A stretch of DNA of 64,000 nucleotides from Candidatus Bathyarchaeota archaeon (lineage in GTDB: Archaea > Thermoproteota > Bathyarchaeia > TCS64): contig JABIBQ010000066.1 of the NCBI GenBank assembly GCA_018652685.1, positions 701 to 64,700 on the forward strand, given 5' to 3'. Under the pieces are notes generated by a model. The model saw only the letters and a program-made list of their open reading frames with translations. It was not told the DNA's origin and made no database searches. Positions 44,368 through 53,581 of the stretch are shown in pieces (the first letter of the stretch is position 1; each line of letters opens with the position of its first letter). Both the position numbers and the translations under genes were made by a program.

Positions 44368-44613
44368 ATGTGTCTAGCGGTTCCAGGTCTGGTTGAGAGC
44401 GTTGACGGAAGGATGGCCATCGTTGATTTCGGTGGCGTTAAGCGTGAGGCCATCATTGACCTCATGGAGGAGGGAACCATTGTGCCCGGCGTCTATGTAT
44501 TAGTACACACTGGTTTTGTCATCCAGAGGCTGGAAAAGGAGGAGGCTCTTGAGACTCTGGCGATTTGGCGTGAGGTGCTCACCGCTCTCGATGAGCCTGA
44601 AAAGGTAGTTTAG
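44368..44613 (+). CDS. hypC: HypC/HupF-family hydrogenase maturation chaperone
   Basis: 81 aa from ATG 44368: MCLAVPGLVESVDGRMAIVDFGGVKREAIIDLM...YVLVHTGFVI. Essential N-terminal Cys2 is present. The upstream part of the 250-aa track ORF is antisense to the MFS gene. Confidence 0.8.
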   Translation: MCLAVPGLVESVDGRMAIVDFGGVKREAIIDLMEEGTIVPGVYVLVHTGFVIQRLEKEEALETLAIWREVLTALDEPEKVV

Positions 44614-44653
44614 ATACACCTATATCCGAGGATTCATTTTTTGAATCGATTCT

Positions 44654-45184
44654 ATGGTTGATTACTGGCGGGACTTTGACAGCGGCCCCAACGCGCCTGA
44701 CACGATCTACGTGGTAACTGAGATCCAGAGGAACAGCCGCAACAAGTACGAGTACGACGCACGCATGGGCGTGTTCAAGCTCAACAGGGTCCTTTACACG
44801 TATTACCCGGCAGACTATGGTTTCATTCCCAGGACACTGGACGATGACGGTGACCCACTTGACGTTGTACTGTTAATCAACGAGCCTACCTTCACAGGAT
44901 GCGTCACCGTCGCACGACCTGTAGCTAACATCAAGATGATCGACGACAAGGCACAGGACGACAAGATCGTTGCGGTCAGCACCACAGACCCGTTCTACAA
45001 GCACATCAAGAACATTGACGATCTACCTAGGAGCGTTATCGACGAGCTCACCTACTTTTACAACAACTACAAGAGGGCTGAGGGAAAAATCACTGAGGTT
45101 CTGAAATGGGAGGACGCCGACGAGGCGAAGGAGCTCATCGAGTGGTCGAGAGGCCAGTACGATGAGAAAGAGGGAACTGCCTGA
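44654..45184 (+). CDS. ppa: Inorganic pyrophosphatase (family I)
   Basis: 176 aa. VVTEIQRNSRNKYEYD...YPADYGFIPRTLDDDGDPLDVV. Confidence 0.95.
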   Translation: MVDYWRDFDSGPNAPDTIYVVTEIQRNSRNKYEYDARMGVFKLNRVLYTYYPADYGFIPRTLDDDGDPLDVVLLINEPTFTGCVTVARPVANIKMIDDKAQDDKIVAVSTTDPFYKHIKNIDDLPRSVIDELTYFYNNYKRAEGKITEVLKWEDADEAKELIEWSRGQYDEKEGTA

Positions 45185-45244
45185 ATTGAATAACTCTTCT
45201 CTAAAACCCTATATTCACTCGTCCACTGGTTCTATTAGCTCCGG

Positions 45245-47470
45245 ATGGGAACCAGAATAAGCAACTACTCATTTGACGATAGGCTGGACAGGTTAAGGAA
45301 GACAAAGGTCAGACATGCTCAGAGGAAGGTAGAACTCCTGGGCCCACGTGATGGCGATGAGCAGGGAAATGTTGCGCTTCCACTTGACCAAGCCATCATC
45401 GTTGATGCGATTAGCGGCTCGGGCGTCCCTGTCAAGGACATGCTACTGAAGGGATACGAGCCTGAGACCAACCACCCCAGCGGCGGCTTCTTCGGAGCGG
45501 GAATTGTTGGCAGGAACTACAGGAAGCTCCTGGAGGTCCACCCCACATACATCGACCCCGACAGCTCAATGGCCGGGGTCTACATGGTGAGCTTTAACAG
45601 CTACAGGAAGCCCGACTGGAAACCGGATTATGATTACAGCCACCTCCACGAGGACCAGGAGCGGTTCGGGATTGATGCAGGGATCGGGGGATTGCAGCAC
45701 TTTTGCCCCGATCTGAAGATCGGTCTTGATCTTGGATGGGGCGGGCTCCTGGACAAGGTGAGGAAGTACAGGGAGATCAACTCGGACACCGAGTTCTATG
45801 ACGGTTTGGAGGATATCATCCTCGGAATGCAGGACTGGATTCGCCGCCATGGGGAGGAAGCAGCCAGAATGGCGGAGGATGAACCATACAGAGAGGTCAA
45901 GGAGAACCTGCTTGCAATCTCAGAGATATGCCTTGCACAGGTCAATGACCCTCCGGTAACGTTCCGCGAGGCATGCCAGTGGCTCACCTTCTTCCAGGCA
46001 GCCGCAAAGATGTACAACGGCAGTGGCGAGTGGGGGCAGCTAGACGAGCTTCTGAGGCCGTTCTACGATAGTGATAGGATGGAGGGAACCCTCACCGATG
46101 ACGAGGCCATATTCCACATCGCGTGCCTCCTTCTGAGCGAGACTGCGTATATCCAGCTGGGAGGACCTGACCGGGACGGGAACGACCTCACAAGTTCTGT
46201 ATCGTACCACGTACTGGAGGCGATTCACAGGCTCAAGACTCCGGCAAACATCGGGGTAAGGGTTGGGCCGAACGTTGATCCGGGATTGCTAAAGCGAGGA
46301 GTTGAAATTCTCCTTGAGGACAGGATGGGTTTCCCCAAGTTCATCGGCGACGAGCAGGTAATTGAGGGTTGGATGAGAAACGGGTACTCAATCGAGGACG
46401 CCCGGACGAGAGTTTACTCGGGGTGCCACTGGCTGGCGATACCCGGCAGGGAGTACGCACTCATGGACATCATCAAGATCGATTTCGCAATGCTCTTCGA
46501 CACCACGTTCTGGGAAATGATTTATGGCGGTGAAGAGAAGTCAGTTGACATCCTCTGGGAAATGTTCAAAGAGAACCTGATGAGGGCTGTTGAGATCACA
46601 GCGGAGGGCATTGACATCCACTTTGAGCACATGTACAAGGTCTTCCCGGAGCTATTCCTAGACTTATTCTGCTACGGTCCGCTTGAGAAAGGGCTTGACG
46701 CATCCAACGGTGGCGTCGAATTCTACCACATTGGAGTTGATGGAGCGTCACTCGCAAACGTGGCAGATTCCTTTGCAGCCATCAGGCAGAGGGTCGAGGA
46801 AGAGAAGAGACTCGGCTGGGATAATATGGCTAACCACCTTAAAAAAAACTGGTCCGGGGCTGACGGGGAGAGGGTCAGGCTGATGATGAAGAACATCCAG
46901 AGATTTGGATCAGGTGGCTCTGATGCAGATGAGTGGGCTGCTAGAATCACCGATGAGTTCACTAGGATTGTTAAGGAAAAGCCAACGCCCGGTGGTTACC
47001 AGATGGTACCCGGGCTGTTCTCATGGGCAAAAGTCGTCCCGTTCGGTAAACGGCTTGGGGCAACTCCAGATGGCAGACGTGCAGGTGATCCATTATCACA
47101 CGGTCCTAACCCATCACCAGGTTTTAACACCGGTAAGGGAGGGTCACCAACCCAGATGGTCACATCAGTTGCGGCCGTCCAACCTGGTTATGGCAACACT
47201 GCCCCACTCCAGATTGATATTGACCCCAGCCTGGGCGATAGCGAGGAGTCCATCGAGAAGGTCGAAGCTCTCATTAGAAGCCATTTCAAGATGGGAGGTA
47301 CGATGGTCAACATCAACGTGATGAACAGGGAGATGCTTGAGGAGGCGCACCGGAACCCGGTGGATCACCCGGATCTTATAGTCAGGGTGACTGGTTTCAG
47401 TGCCTACTTCTCTAGCCTATCGCAAGAGCTCAGGCAATACGTTGTTGACAGAGTAATCAACGGTGACTAG
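45245..47470 (+). CDS. Glycyl radical enzyme, PFL2-like, with a non-canonical Cys loop
   Basis: 741 aa. Glycyl radical motif IVRVTGFSAYF (Gly717, 47393-47395), TPDGRRAGDPLSHGPNPSPG, and Cys loop RVYSGCHWLAIPG (Cys394, 46424-46426). Confidence 0.9.
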   Translation: MGTRISNYSFDDRLDRLRKTKVRHAQRKVELLGPRDGDEQGNVALPLDQAIIVDAISGSGVPVKDMLLKGYEPETNHPSGGFFGAGIVGRNYRKLLEVHPTYIDPDSSMAGVYMVSFNSYRKPDWKPDYDYSHLHEDQERFGIDAGIGGLQHFCPDLKIGLDLGWGGLLDKVRKYREINSDTEFYDGLEDIILGMQDWIRRHGEEAARMAEDEPYREVKENLLAISEICLAQVNDPPVTFREACQWLTFFQAAAKMYNGSGEWGQLDELLRPFYDSDRMEGTLTDDEAIFHIACLLLSETAYIQLGGPDRDGNDLTSSVSYHVLEAIHRLKTPANIGVRVGPNVDPGLLKRGVEILLEDRMGFPKFIGDEQVIEGWMRNGYSIEDARTRVYSGCHWLAIPGREYALMDIIKIDFAMLFDTTFWEMIYGGEEKSVDILWEMFKENLMRAVEITAEGIDIHFEHMYKVFPELFLDLFCYGPLEKGLDASNGGVEFYHIGVDGASLANVADSFAAIRQRVEEEKRLGWDNMANHLKKNWSGADGERVRLMMKNIQRFGSGGSDADEWAARITDEFTRIVKEKPTPGGYQMVPGLFSWAKVVPFGKRLGATPDGRRAGDPLSHGPNPSPGFNTGKGGSPTQMVTSVAAVQPGYGNTAPLQIDIDPSLGDSEESIEKVEALIRSHFKMGGTMVNINVMNREMLEEAHRNPVDHPDLIVRVTGFSAYFSSLSQELRQYVVDRVINGD

Positions 47471-48377
47471 GATGACAACTGGACTTGTATTTGATATCAA
47501 GCATTTCGCGGTACACGACGGCCCCGGCATAAGGACTACGGTTTTCGTCAAGGGATGCCCATTGAGATGCATGTGGTGCCACAACCCGGAGTCACTTACA
47601 TCGGAGCCACAACTCATGTTCACACCATCAAGGTGCATCGGGTGCGGATACTGCATGAAAATTTGCGATCATGGTGCGCATATCACGGTCAATGGAGCAC
47701 ACGAGGTTGACTGGACCAAGTGCGAGGCGTGCGGTAAATGCGCGGCCGAGTGCTACTCTGGTGCCCTTGAGATTGCGGGAAGGGAGGTCAGCGTTGACGA
47801 GGTCATGGAAGCTGTACTGAAGGACAAGGTTTTCTTCGAGAACTCCAAGGGAGGGATGACCATATCAGGAGGGGAGCCGTTGAGCCAACCTGAATTCACG
47901 GTGGAAGTATTCAGGAGGGCAAAGGAGAACGGGATCCACACATCGCTTGATACATCTGGATACGCCGCTTGGAGCGTGATCGAGAAGGTCATCGAGCACG
48001 TTGACCTGGTCCTTTATGATATCAAGCAGATGGACTCGGAGAGGCACAAGGAGTACACGGGTGTGTCGAATGAGCTAATAATCGAGAACCTGAAGAAAAT
48101 CGACACAAAAGACATACCCATCTGGGTCAGGATACCAACTATACCGGGACTCAACGATGATGAGGACAATTTCCGAAAGATCGGGGAACTCTTATCATTG
48201 CTCAAGCATCTGGAGCGGGTTGATATTCTCAGGTACCACAAGCTGGCTGAGTCCAAGTATGAGCACACGGGACAGGACTATAGGCTCAAGGGAATGAACA
48301 CGCCTGAGAAGGACGAGGTAGAGCACCTCAAGGACATTCTCGAAGGGTATGGGTTGTCAAACGTCAGCATAAGCTAG
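47463..48377 (+). CDS. Glycyl-radical enzyme activating enzyme (radical SAM with two auxiliary 4Fe-4S motifs)
   Basis: 304 aa. GCPLRCMWCHNPE (CxxxCxxC), CIGCGYCMKIC, CEACGKCAAEC, and GGMTISGGEP. 8-nt overlap with the GRE gene. Confidence 0.9.
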   Translation: MTRMTTGLVFDIKHFAVHDGPGIRTTVFVKGCPLRCMWCHNPESLTSEPQLMFTPSRCIGCGYCMKICDHGAHITVNGAHEVDWTKCEACGKCAAECYSGALEIAGREVSVDEVMEAVLKDKVFFENSKGGMTISGGEPLSQPEFTVEVFRRAKENGIHTSLDTSGYAAWSVIEKVIEHVDLVLYDIKQMDSERHKEYTGVSNELIIENLKKIDTKDIPIWVRIPTIPGLNDDEDNFRKIGELLSLLKHLERVDILRYHKLAESKYEHTGQDYRLKGMNTPEKDEVEHLKDILEGYGLSNVSIS

Positions 48378-48512
48378 GGTTAGCATTTGTCGCTGATGAG
48401 GGAAAAAGTCACTTACATATCGTTATTAATCAAGATGAAAGACAGGGATTCGGGTAAAATACCCAACGGTGAGCCGTGTATTTCCGGGATGGTAACGATA
48501 TTTGACGTTTTT

Positions 48513-48566
48513 CTGTCACAGCTAACTTTAGTAAAATACCTACAGTTAAAACATAGCTTGTGACAG
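48513..48566. repeat. Imperfect inverted repeat CTGTCACAGCTA ... TAGCTTGTGACAG in the spacer after the activase gene
   Basis: 8+4 bp arms with one bulged T and a 33-nt AT-rich spacer, 118 nt upstream of the alpha/beta hydrolase start. Confidence 0.5.
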
Positions 48567-48683
48567 AGTGGTCGATTGTGAACGGTTTAGGCCCCAATAG
48601 GCCCATCCCGGATTTCGTGGATTCAAAAACTATCCACATCGCAAACCTGTTATTCACTCCAATCCATTCATTTTCTGATCGTT

Positions 48684-49469
48684 ATGAAGGAAGGATTTCT
48701 GGAAAGTAAAGGGTACAAGATCCACCACTGCGGGTGGGGAGACAAAGGACCTAAGGTTTTACTCATCCACAGCATGGGCATGGACGGCCACAGCATGGAC
48801 AAGCTGGCCGAGAGCATCAAGGACAAGTACCATGTACTGAGCCTCACCATCTTGGACCATGGGGACAGCGACCCGCCTCGGGGATCAATCAGCCTCCCCG
48901 ACCACGCCGAGGTCATGAGGGAGTGTTACATGCAGCTGGGTTTCGAGCCCAGTGTCCTCATCGGCCACAGCGTGGGCGGCATGATGGGCATGGTATTGAC
49001 AGCTGATTACCCCGACGAGTTCAAGGGGATGATGCTTGTAGATATCGCGCCCTTCGAGTCAACGGGAAGGTCAAGCAGGCCAACTCCACCCGAATACTTC
49101 GAGTCACGGGTCGAGGCAAAGAAATGGCTTGCAGACAGATACCCCGGTTTCACCGAGTACTACGTCGAGAACAGGCTTGAACACGCGTTCAAACAGATGA
49201 ACGGTAGGTACTACCTGAAGCCCAGAGGTGACAGGGTCAGGGGTGGGCTCGCTACGAACCTTTGGCCGTACCTTGAGCGCGTGAATTGCCCGGTCCAGTT
49301 ACTGAAAGGTGTAACCAGTGATCTTGTGACACCAAAGACGCGTGCTCGAATCGAGAAGATGTCAGGTTTTGAGATCATCGATGTTGAGGGGACGGGGCAT
49401 ATGATTCCCCAGGATGTGCCCGAGAAATTCGAGGAACTCGTCAGAAAATTCCTGAAAAGCGTCTACTAG
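48684..49469 (+). CDS. Alpha/beta-fold hydrolase
   Basis: 261 aa. Nucleophile elbow GHSVGG, with HSMG near the N-terminus and a C-terminal GHMIPQD catalytic His. Confidence 0.85.
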   Translation: MKEGFLESKGYKIHHCGWGDKGPKVLLIHSMGMDGHSMDKLAESIKDKYHVLSLTILDHGDSDPPRGSISLPDHAEVMRECYMQLGFEPSVLIGHSVGGMMGMVLTADYPDEFKGMMLVDIAPFESTGRSSRPTPPEYFESRVEAKKWLADRYPGFTEYYVENRLEHAFKQMNGRYYLKPRGDRVRGGLATNLWPYLERVNCPVQLLKGVTSDLVTPKTRARIEKMSGFEIIDVEGTGHMIPQDVPEKFEELVRKFLKSVY

Positions 49470-49589
49470 GTGTTCATTCCAACAAACCTTTTTTCAAGCC
49501 CGTTTTAACGTTAGACTCAGTAAAACATACCATAATAGGTCATAGTTAATGAGAAATATAATAGATTAAACAAAATAGAGAGGTTTAGG

Positions 49590-50939
49590 CTAGACCAGAG
49601 GACGCTGGAATGCACCGTAGCCGGGTTTTCCGATGACCTGGCCGTCCTCGTAGATCACCTGGCCCCTAACAAGGGTCATTATAGGCATTCCTTTACCCTT
49701 CATGTCCTCGTACGGGGTGATCTTTTGGATGGTCTGCAGGTTCTCGCCCTTGATGTGGAACGGCATGTCCATGTCGGCAATGACGATATCTGCGTCAGCG
49801 CCTAGCATGAGATCGCCCTTCTTCGGGTATAGCCCGTTCATCATGGCGGGGTTGGTGCTGAAGACCTCGACGAGTCTCTCAAGGCCAATCTTGTCGTTGT
49901 TGACCGCGTCAAGCATCAGCGGGAGGCTAGTCTCGATGACAACGCCGCCGCTTGGGGCGTCGTAGATGTTGTCAAAGCCCTTGTCTTTCTCCTCTTTGGT
50001 GTATGGAGCGTGGTCCGATGCTAGCACATCGATTGTTCCATCATTAAGTCCCTCCCACAGACGGAGCTGGTCGTCCTTGGATCTGAGAGGTGGGTCAACC
50101 TTGGCGTATGGGCCCCTCTCGTTCATCGCCTCCTTGGTGAAAACCAGGTAGTTGGTGCTGGTCTCGCCCGTCACTAGCTGGTCGATGCTCTGTGCCCACT
50201 CTAGTATGTCCACTGTTCCACCTGAGCTTATGTGGCAGATGTGAAGGTGGCAATCAGTCTGGGCCGAGAGAGTAATACACCTCATCACTGCCTCGATCTC
50301 GGCGATGTCCGGCCTGAAATCACAGTGGGCCATGGGGTCCGTTCTACCCGATGCCACCGCCTCCTCCATGAACTTGTCAACGAGGTCACCATTCTCGGCG
50401 TGGACTAGCAGCGGCCTGTCTAACTCAGCGAGCAGCTGCATATGCTTGTATAGAGTATAATCGCTTGCCGCCAGCTCCTTGAACCTGGCGATTAGGAAGC
50501 TCTTGAAGGCCGTTGCCCCCGCCTCTGCCAGCTCCTTGATGTTTTTTGGAGGAACCTCGCCCGCCCCACCTATGAAGCCAAAGTCAATTAGGCTCTTGCC
50601 GTCGGCTATAGCTTTCTTCTGGTTGAATGCCTCAAGGGTAACAGTGGCTGGTACAGTGTTTGGCATGTCGATGACGGTGGTAACTCCACCAGCAGCGGCT
50701 GCCCTTGTCCCTGACTCAAAGTCCTCCCTCTCTGGGAAACCTGGGTCCCTAAGATGGACGTGCATGTCTACCATGCCGGGGAGTACCACCTTGCCCATGG
50801 CGTCTATTACCCTGTCCGCCTTGGGCTCGCTTGATTTGAGAATACCTATAATCTTGCCGTCGTCGATCACAAGGGAGCCCTGTGTGATGCCCGATGGAAG
50901 AACCATTAACCCATTCTTTATGACGATATCAACTGTCAA
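49590..50939 (-). CDS. Cyclic amidohydrolase (dihydroorotase/allantoinase/dihydropyrimidinase-hydantoinase family)
   Basis: 449 aa. PGMVDMHVHLRDPG...GGVTTVIDMPNT, AFKSF (carboxylated Lys position), HAENG, HICHISS, and ASDHAP. Confidence 0.85.
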   Translation of the reverse strand: MTVDIVIKNGLMVLPSGITQGSLVIDDGKIIGILKSSEPKADRVIDAMGKVVLPGMVDMHVHLRDPGFPEREDFESGTRAAAAGGVTTVIDMPNTVPATVTLEAFNQKKAIADGKSLIDFGFIGGAGEVPPKNIKELAEAGATAFKSFLIARFKELAASDYTLYKHMQLLAELDRPLLVHAENGDLVDKFMEEAVASGRTDPMAHCDFRPDIAEIEAVMRCITLSAQTDCHLHICHISSGGTVDILEWAQSIDQLVTGETSTNYLVFTKEAMNERGPYAKVDPPLRSKDDQLRLWEGLNDGTIDVLASDHAPYTKEEKDKGFDNIYDAPSGGVVIETSLPLMLDAVNNDKIGLERLVEVFSTNPAMMNGLYPKKGDLMLGADADIVIADMDMPFHIKGENLQTIQKITPYEDMKGKGMPIMTLVRGQVIYEDGQVIGKPGYGAFQRPLV

Positions 50940-51129
50940 AGTGTTGCACGGGAGAGTATGCGGTCTCGCGTGTTTAATTACTTTTCATCAAACTGATGAA
51001 CTCTTGTCCGATGACTCATTAATTGATTTGAGTGGACAGCTAATATTGTATTTCGAACCTTTTTCTAATTATCACAAGGCGCTGGGAAAGTTTTATGTAA
51101 CTTCCGATTCAATCCTTGGGCGTGAGAAA

Positions 51130-52269
51130 ATGAGTCTAAATGACCTATCAGACGACTTCCCGATATGTAACACTCTCAATTACCTGAACGCGGCAAGCAT
51201 TGGTCCAGTCCCCCAATCTGTCATCGATTTTTCAACAAGCTTCTCAGCGGAAATCGCCAGAGGGGGAACAAAGACCCTGAGTGAGGAGAAAGAGGACATG
51301 GTCTATGATGGGCTCAGAGACGAGGGTGGGAAACTTTTCGGCTGCTCACCCGAGGATGTGGCAGTATTCAACAGCGTATCGGAGGCGTTGAACTGCATCG
51401 CTTGGAGCCTTGAGCTGGATAAGGGAAAACTCATTTCAACAAATATTGAGTTTCCGTCGGTCACGTATCCGGCGCTGAGGATGGCCCAGAAGGAGAAAGG
51501 GATCACGACGAAGCTGGTCAGTGCCGTTGACTGGCATGTTCCAGTGGAGGACATCCTTGAAGAGATAGATGAGACTACCAAAGCGGTGTTTATCACACAT
51601 GTTGAGAACCTGACGGGTCAGGTACATGATATCAAGAGGATCTCAGAAAGGGCACACGAGGTCGGCGCAATGGTGATTGTAGACGGTATACAAGCCGCTG
51701 GGTACATACCCCTTGATGTCAAGAAGCTGCAGATTGACGCCTACATCACTGGCAGTTATAAATGGCTGTGTTCCCCGTTCGGGACGGGAATGGCGTACGT
51801 ATCAAAAGAACTGTACGATAAGCTCACCCCGCTGTTTGTCGGGTGGCGTACCGCGGAGGAAATATGGGACTTTGATCCAAATGTCATCAATTACCCCTCC
51901 ACAGCAAGAAAATTTGAGTATAGCACTAGCGCGTACGGCGTCAAGCTGGGGATGGTTGAGTCGATAAAATACCTGCGCAATATCGGGATCGACAAAATAT
52001 ACGAGCACGACATGAAGCTGGATGGGATTCTGAGGGAAGAACTGGGGCAAATCGAAGGTGTTGATATCATCACCATTGACGAGCACGGCCCCATAGTGAC
52101 CTTCAAGATCGAAGGAAGGGACAGCAGAGAGATCAACAACAGATTGAGGAACTTGGAAAGGCCGGTTGAGCTCAGCGTCAGGTTGGGACTGATACGGGTC
52201 TCACCCCACCTCTATAACACCGTGGAGGACATCGCTCAACTCATAGACGGCATACGCCAGGTCGTGTAA
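51130..52269 (+). CDS. Class-V aminotransferase-fold PLP enzyme (cysteine desulfurase/selenocysteine lyase-like)
   Basis: 379 aa from ATG 51130: LNYLNAASIGPVP..., ITHVENLTGQV, VDGIQAAG, and GSYKWLCSPFGTG (PLP Lys). The upstream part of the 596-aa track ORF is antisense to the amidohydrolase. Confidence 0.8.
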   Translation: MSLNDLSDDFPICNTLNYLNAASIGPVPQSVIDFSTSFSAEIARGGTKTLSEEKEDMVYDGLRDEGGKLFGCSPEDVAVFNSVSEALNCIAWSLELDKGKLISTNIEFPSVTYPALRMAQKEKGITTKLVSAVDWHVPVEDILEEIDETTKAVFITHVENLTGQVHDIKRISERAHEVGAMVIVDGIQAAGYIPLDVKKLQIDAYITGSYKWLCSPFGTGMAYVSKELYDKLTPLFVGWRTAEEIWDFDPNVINYPSTARKFEYSTSAYGVKLGMVESIKYLRNIGIDKIYEHDMKLDGILREELGQIEGVDIITIDEHGPIVTFKIEGRDSREINNRLRNLERPVELSVRLGLIRVSPHLYNTVEDIAQLIDGIRQVV

Positions 52270-52287
52270 AATCCCGGTTATTTAACC

Positions 52288-52310
52288 AAACGGGTTTTAC
52301 GCCCGTTTTT
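52288..52310. terminator. Hairpin plus T-run between convergent genes
   Basis: AAACGGG-TTTTACG-CCCGTTT followed by TT. One of only two convergent junctions here that has a clear hairpin/T-run element. Confidence 0.4.
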
Positions 52311-52372
52311 CTGAGTTTAATAAGGTAATCCACATGCATGATTAGGTAGATGAAAAAACCCGTGGAGTGAAA

Positions 52373-53503
52373 CTACCACGTGATTCTGTAGGGCATCTCG
52401 TTGAGGCAGGTGGCCCCGTTCTCTGTTATCAGGATGATGTCCTCGATGTGGCCGCGGTAATTTGTCTCAGGGTCACGCCGGTTGGGCTCGTAGGTTAGGG
52501 TCATGCCGGGCTTCAATGGCTGGTTGTCAGTTTCAATCGGCCCAAAGCTGGGAGAGTATGGCATGGTATAGTCATGCACGTCAAGCCCTATCTGGTGGCC
52601 GGTGCGAACAGTCTCCTTGAAGCCAAGCTCCCTGTTGAGCTCGTTGGCTATGTCCAGGACATCGTTGCCGGTCATACCGGGCTTGATCCTGTTGATTGCA
52701 TCCACCTGGGCTGTCATGGCCCTCTCCATATAGTTCTCGGTTGATTTCTCCCAGGTCACGTGCCAGTTCCTGCCCATGTCGCTGCAATAGCCATTCCTCA
52801 GCCTGACCCCAACGTCTAGGCTCAAGGCGTCGCCGTGTTTAAGGTGCGGAGTGTTGTTCCCTTTGATGAACCCGATGCTGCTGTCAAAGCTGAACTCGTA
52901 TGCTCCCAGCTCGATCATATTGGAGTCAAGCTCACGTTTCAGGTCCGAGACGCTCTTCCCTGGTGTCGTGTCCTCGATGAGTACGTGGAACGCTGTCTCT
53001 GTGATCTCGATGGCCTTGCAGATCTGTTCGATCTCGTACTCGTCCTTGATGGCCCTCAGCTTGAACACGTGGTCGCTGATGTCCGCCTCCGGCGCGGGGC
53101 TGATGCCCAGCTCGCCGGCTATCCTAAACCACATCTGGGCGGATACAGTTGACAGGTCGAAGCAAATCTTGTCCTTGGGGTATTTTTTCAACGCTTCAAG
53201 GGTGCCCTTGATGTGGTGGCCCTTCTCCTGCTTGACGGCGATTACCTCGTTGAACTCACCTGAGGATCGAACCCTCTCCGCCCCCCAGTGGGGCATCACC
53301 AGGGTGGAATCTCTGTTCGCGTCCAGGACCAGGGTCTGGTGCTCGTCCCCCAGGGCTCCGGGCATCGCGTAGATGGTATTGCTGGGGTTCTGCCTGATTA
53401 CCTCGTTGAAGAAGACCACGGCTTCGTATCCCCTTGCCTGGACTTCCTCCAGGATCGCGTTTCGTCTCTGTTGGAGTGACTGCTTCGCGTTCATAAATAT
53501 CAT
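52373..53503 (-). CDS. M24-family metallopeptidase (Xaa-Pro peptidase / creatinase / ectoine hydrolase-like)
   Basis: 376 aa. Creatinase_N-like N-terminus. Metal ligands are retained in GDALSLDVGVRLRNGYCSDMGRNW, GHQIGLDVHD, LTYEPN and HIEDIILIT. Confidence 0.85.
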   Translation of the reverse strand: MIFMNAKQSLQQRRNAILEEVQARGYEAVVFFNEVIRQNPSNTIYAMPGALGDEHQTLVLDANRDSTLVMPHWGAERVRSSGEFNEVIAVKQEKGHHIKGTLEALKKYPKDKICFDLSTVSAQMWFRIAGELGISPAPEADISDHVFKLRAIKDEYEIEQICKAIEITETAFHVLIEDTTPGKSVSDLKRELDSNMIELGAYEFSFDSSIGFIKGNNTPHLKHGDALSLDVGVRLRNGYCSDMGRNWHVTWEKSTENYMERAMTAQVDAINRIKPGMTGNDVLDIANELNRELGFKETVRTGHQIGLDVHDYTMPYSPSFGPIETDNQPLKPGMTLTYEPNRRDPETNYRGHIEDIILITENGATCLNEMPYRITW

Positions 53504-53550
53504 TCAAATATATCATTGAGCGAATTTGACGTTTACCTTCTATGCACGCA

Positions 53551-53558
53551 TTTTTAAT
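53551..53558 (+). promoter_or_regulatory. TATA box for a leaderless GTG-start mRNA at 53582
   Basis: TTTTTAAT is centred about 27 nt upstream of GTG 53582. Confidence 0.4.
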
Positions 53559-53581
53559 CGCGGGATACGATATTTCAAAAC

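Noticed and set aside
50479-51129. N-terminal 217 codons of the 596-aa + ORF 50479-52269
   Set aside because: It is the antisense shadow of the cyclic amidohydrolase (49590-50939). The aminotransferase homology begins at Met 51130.
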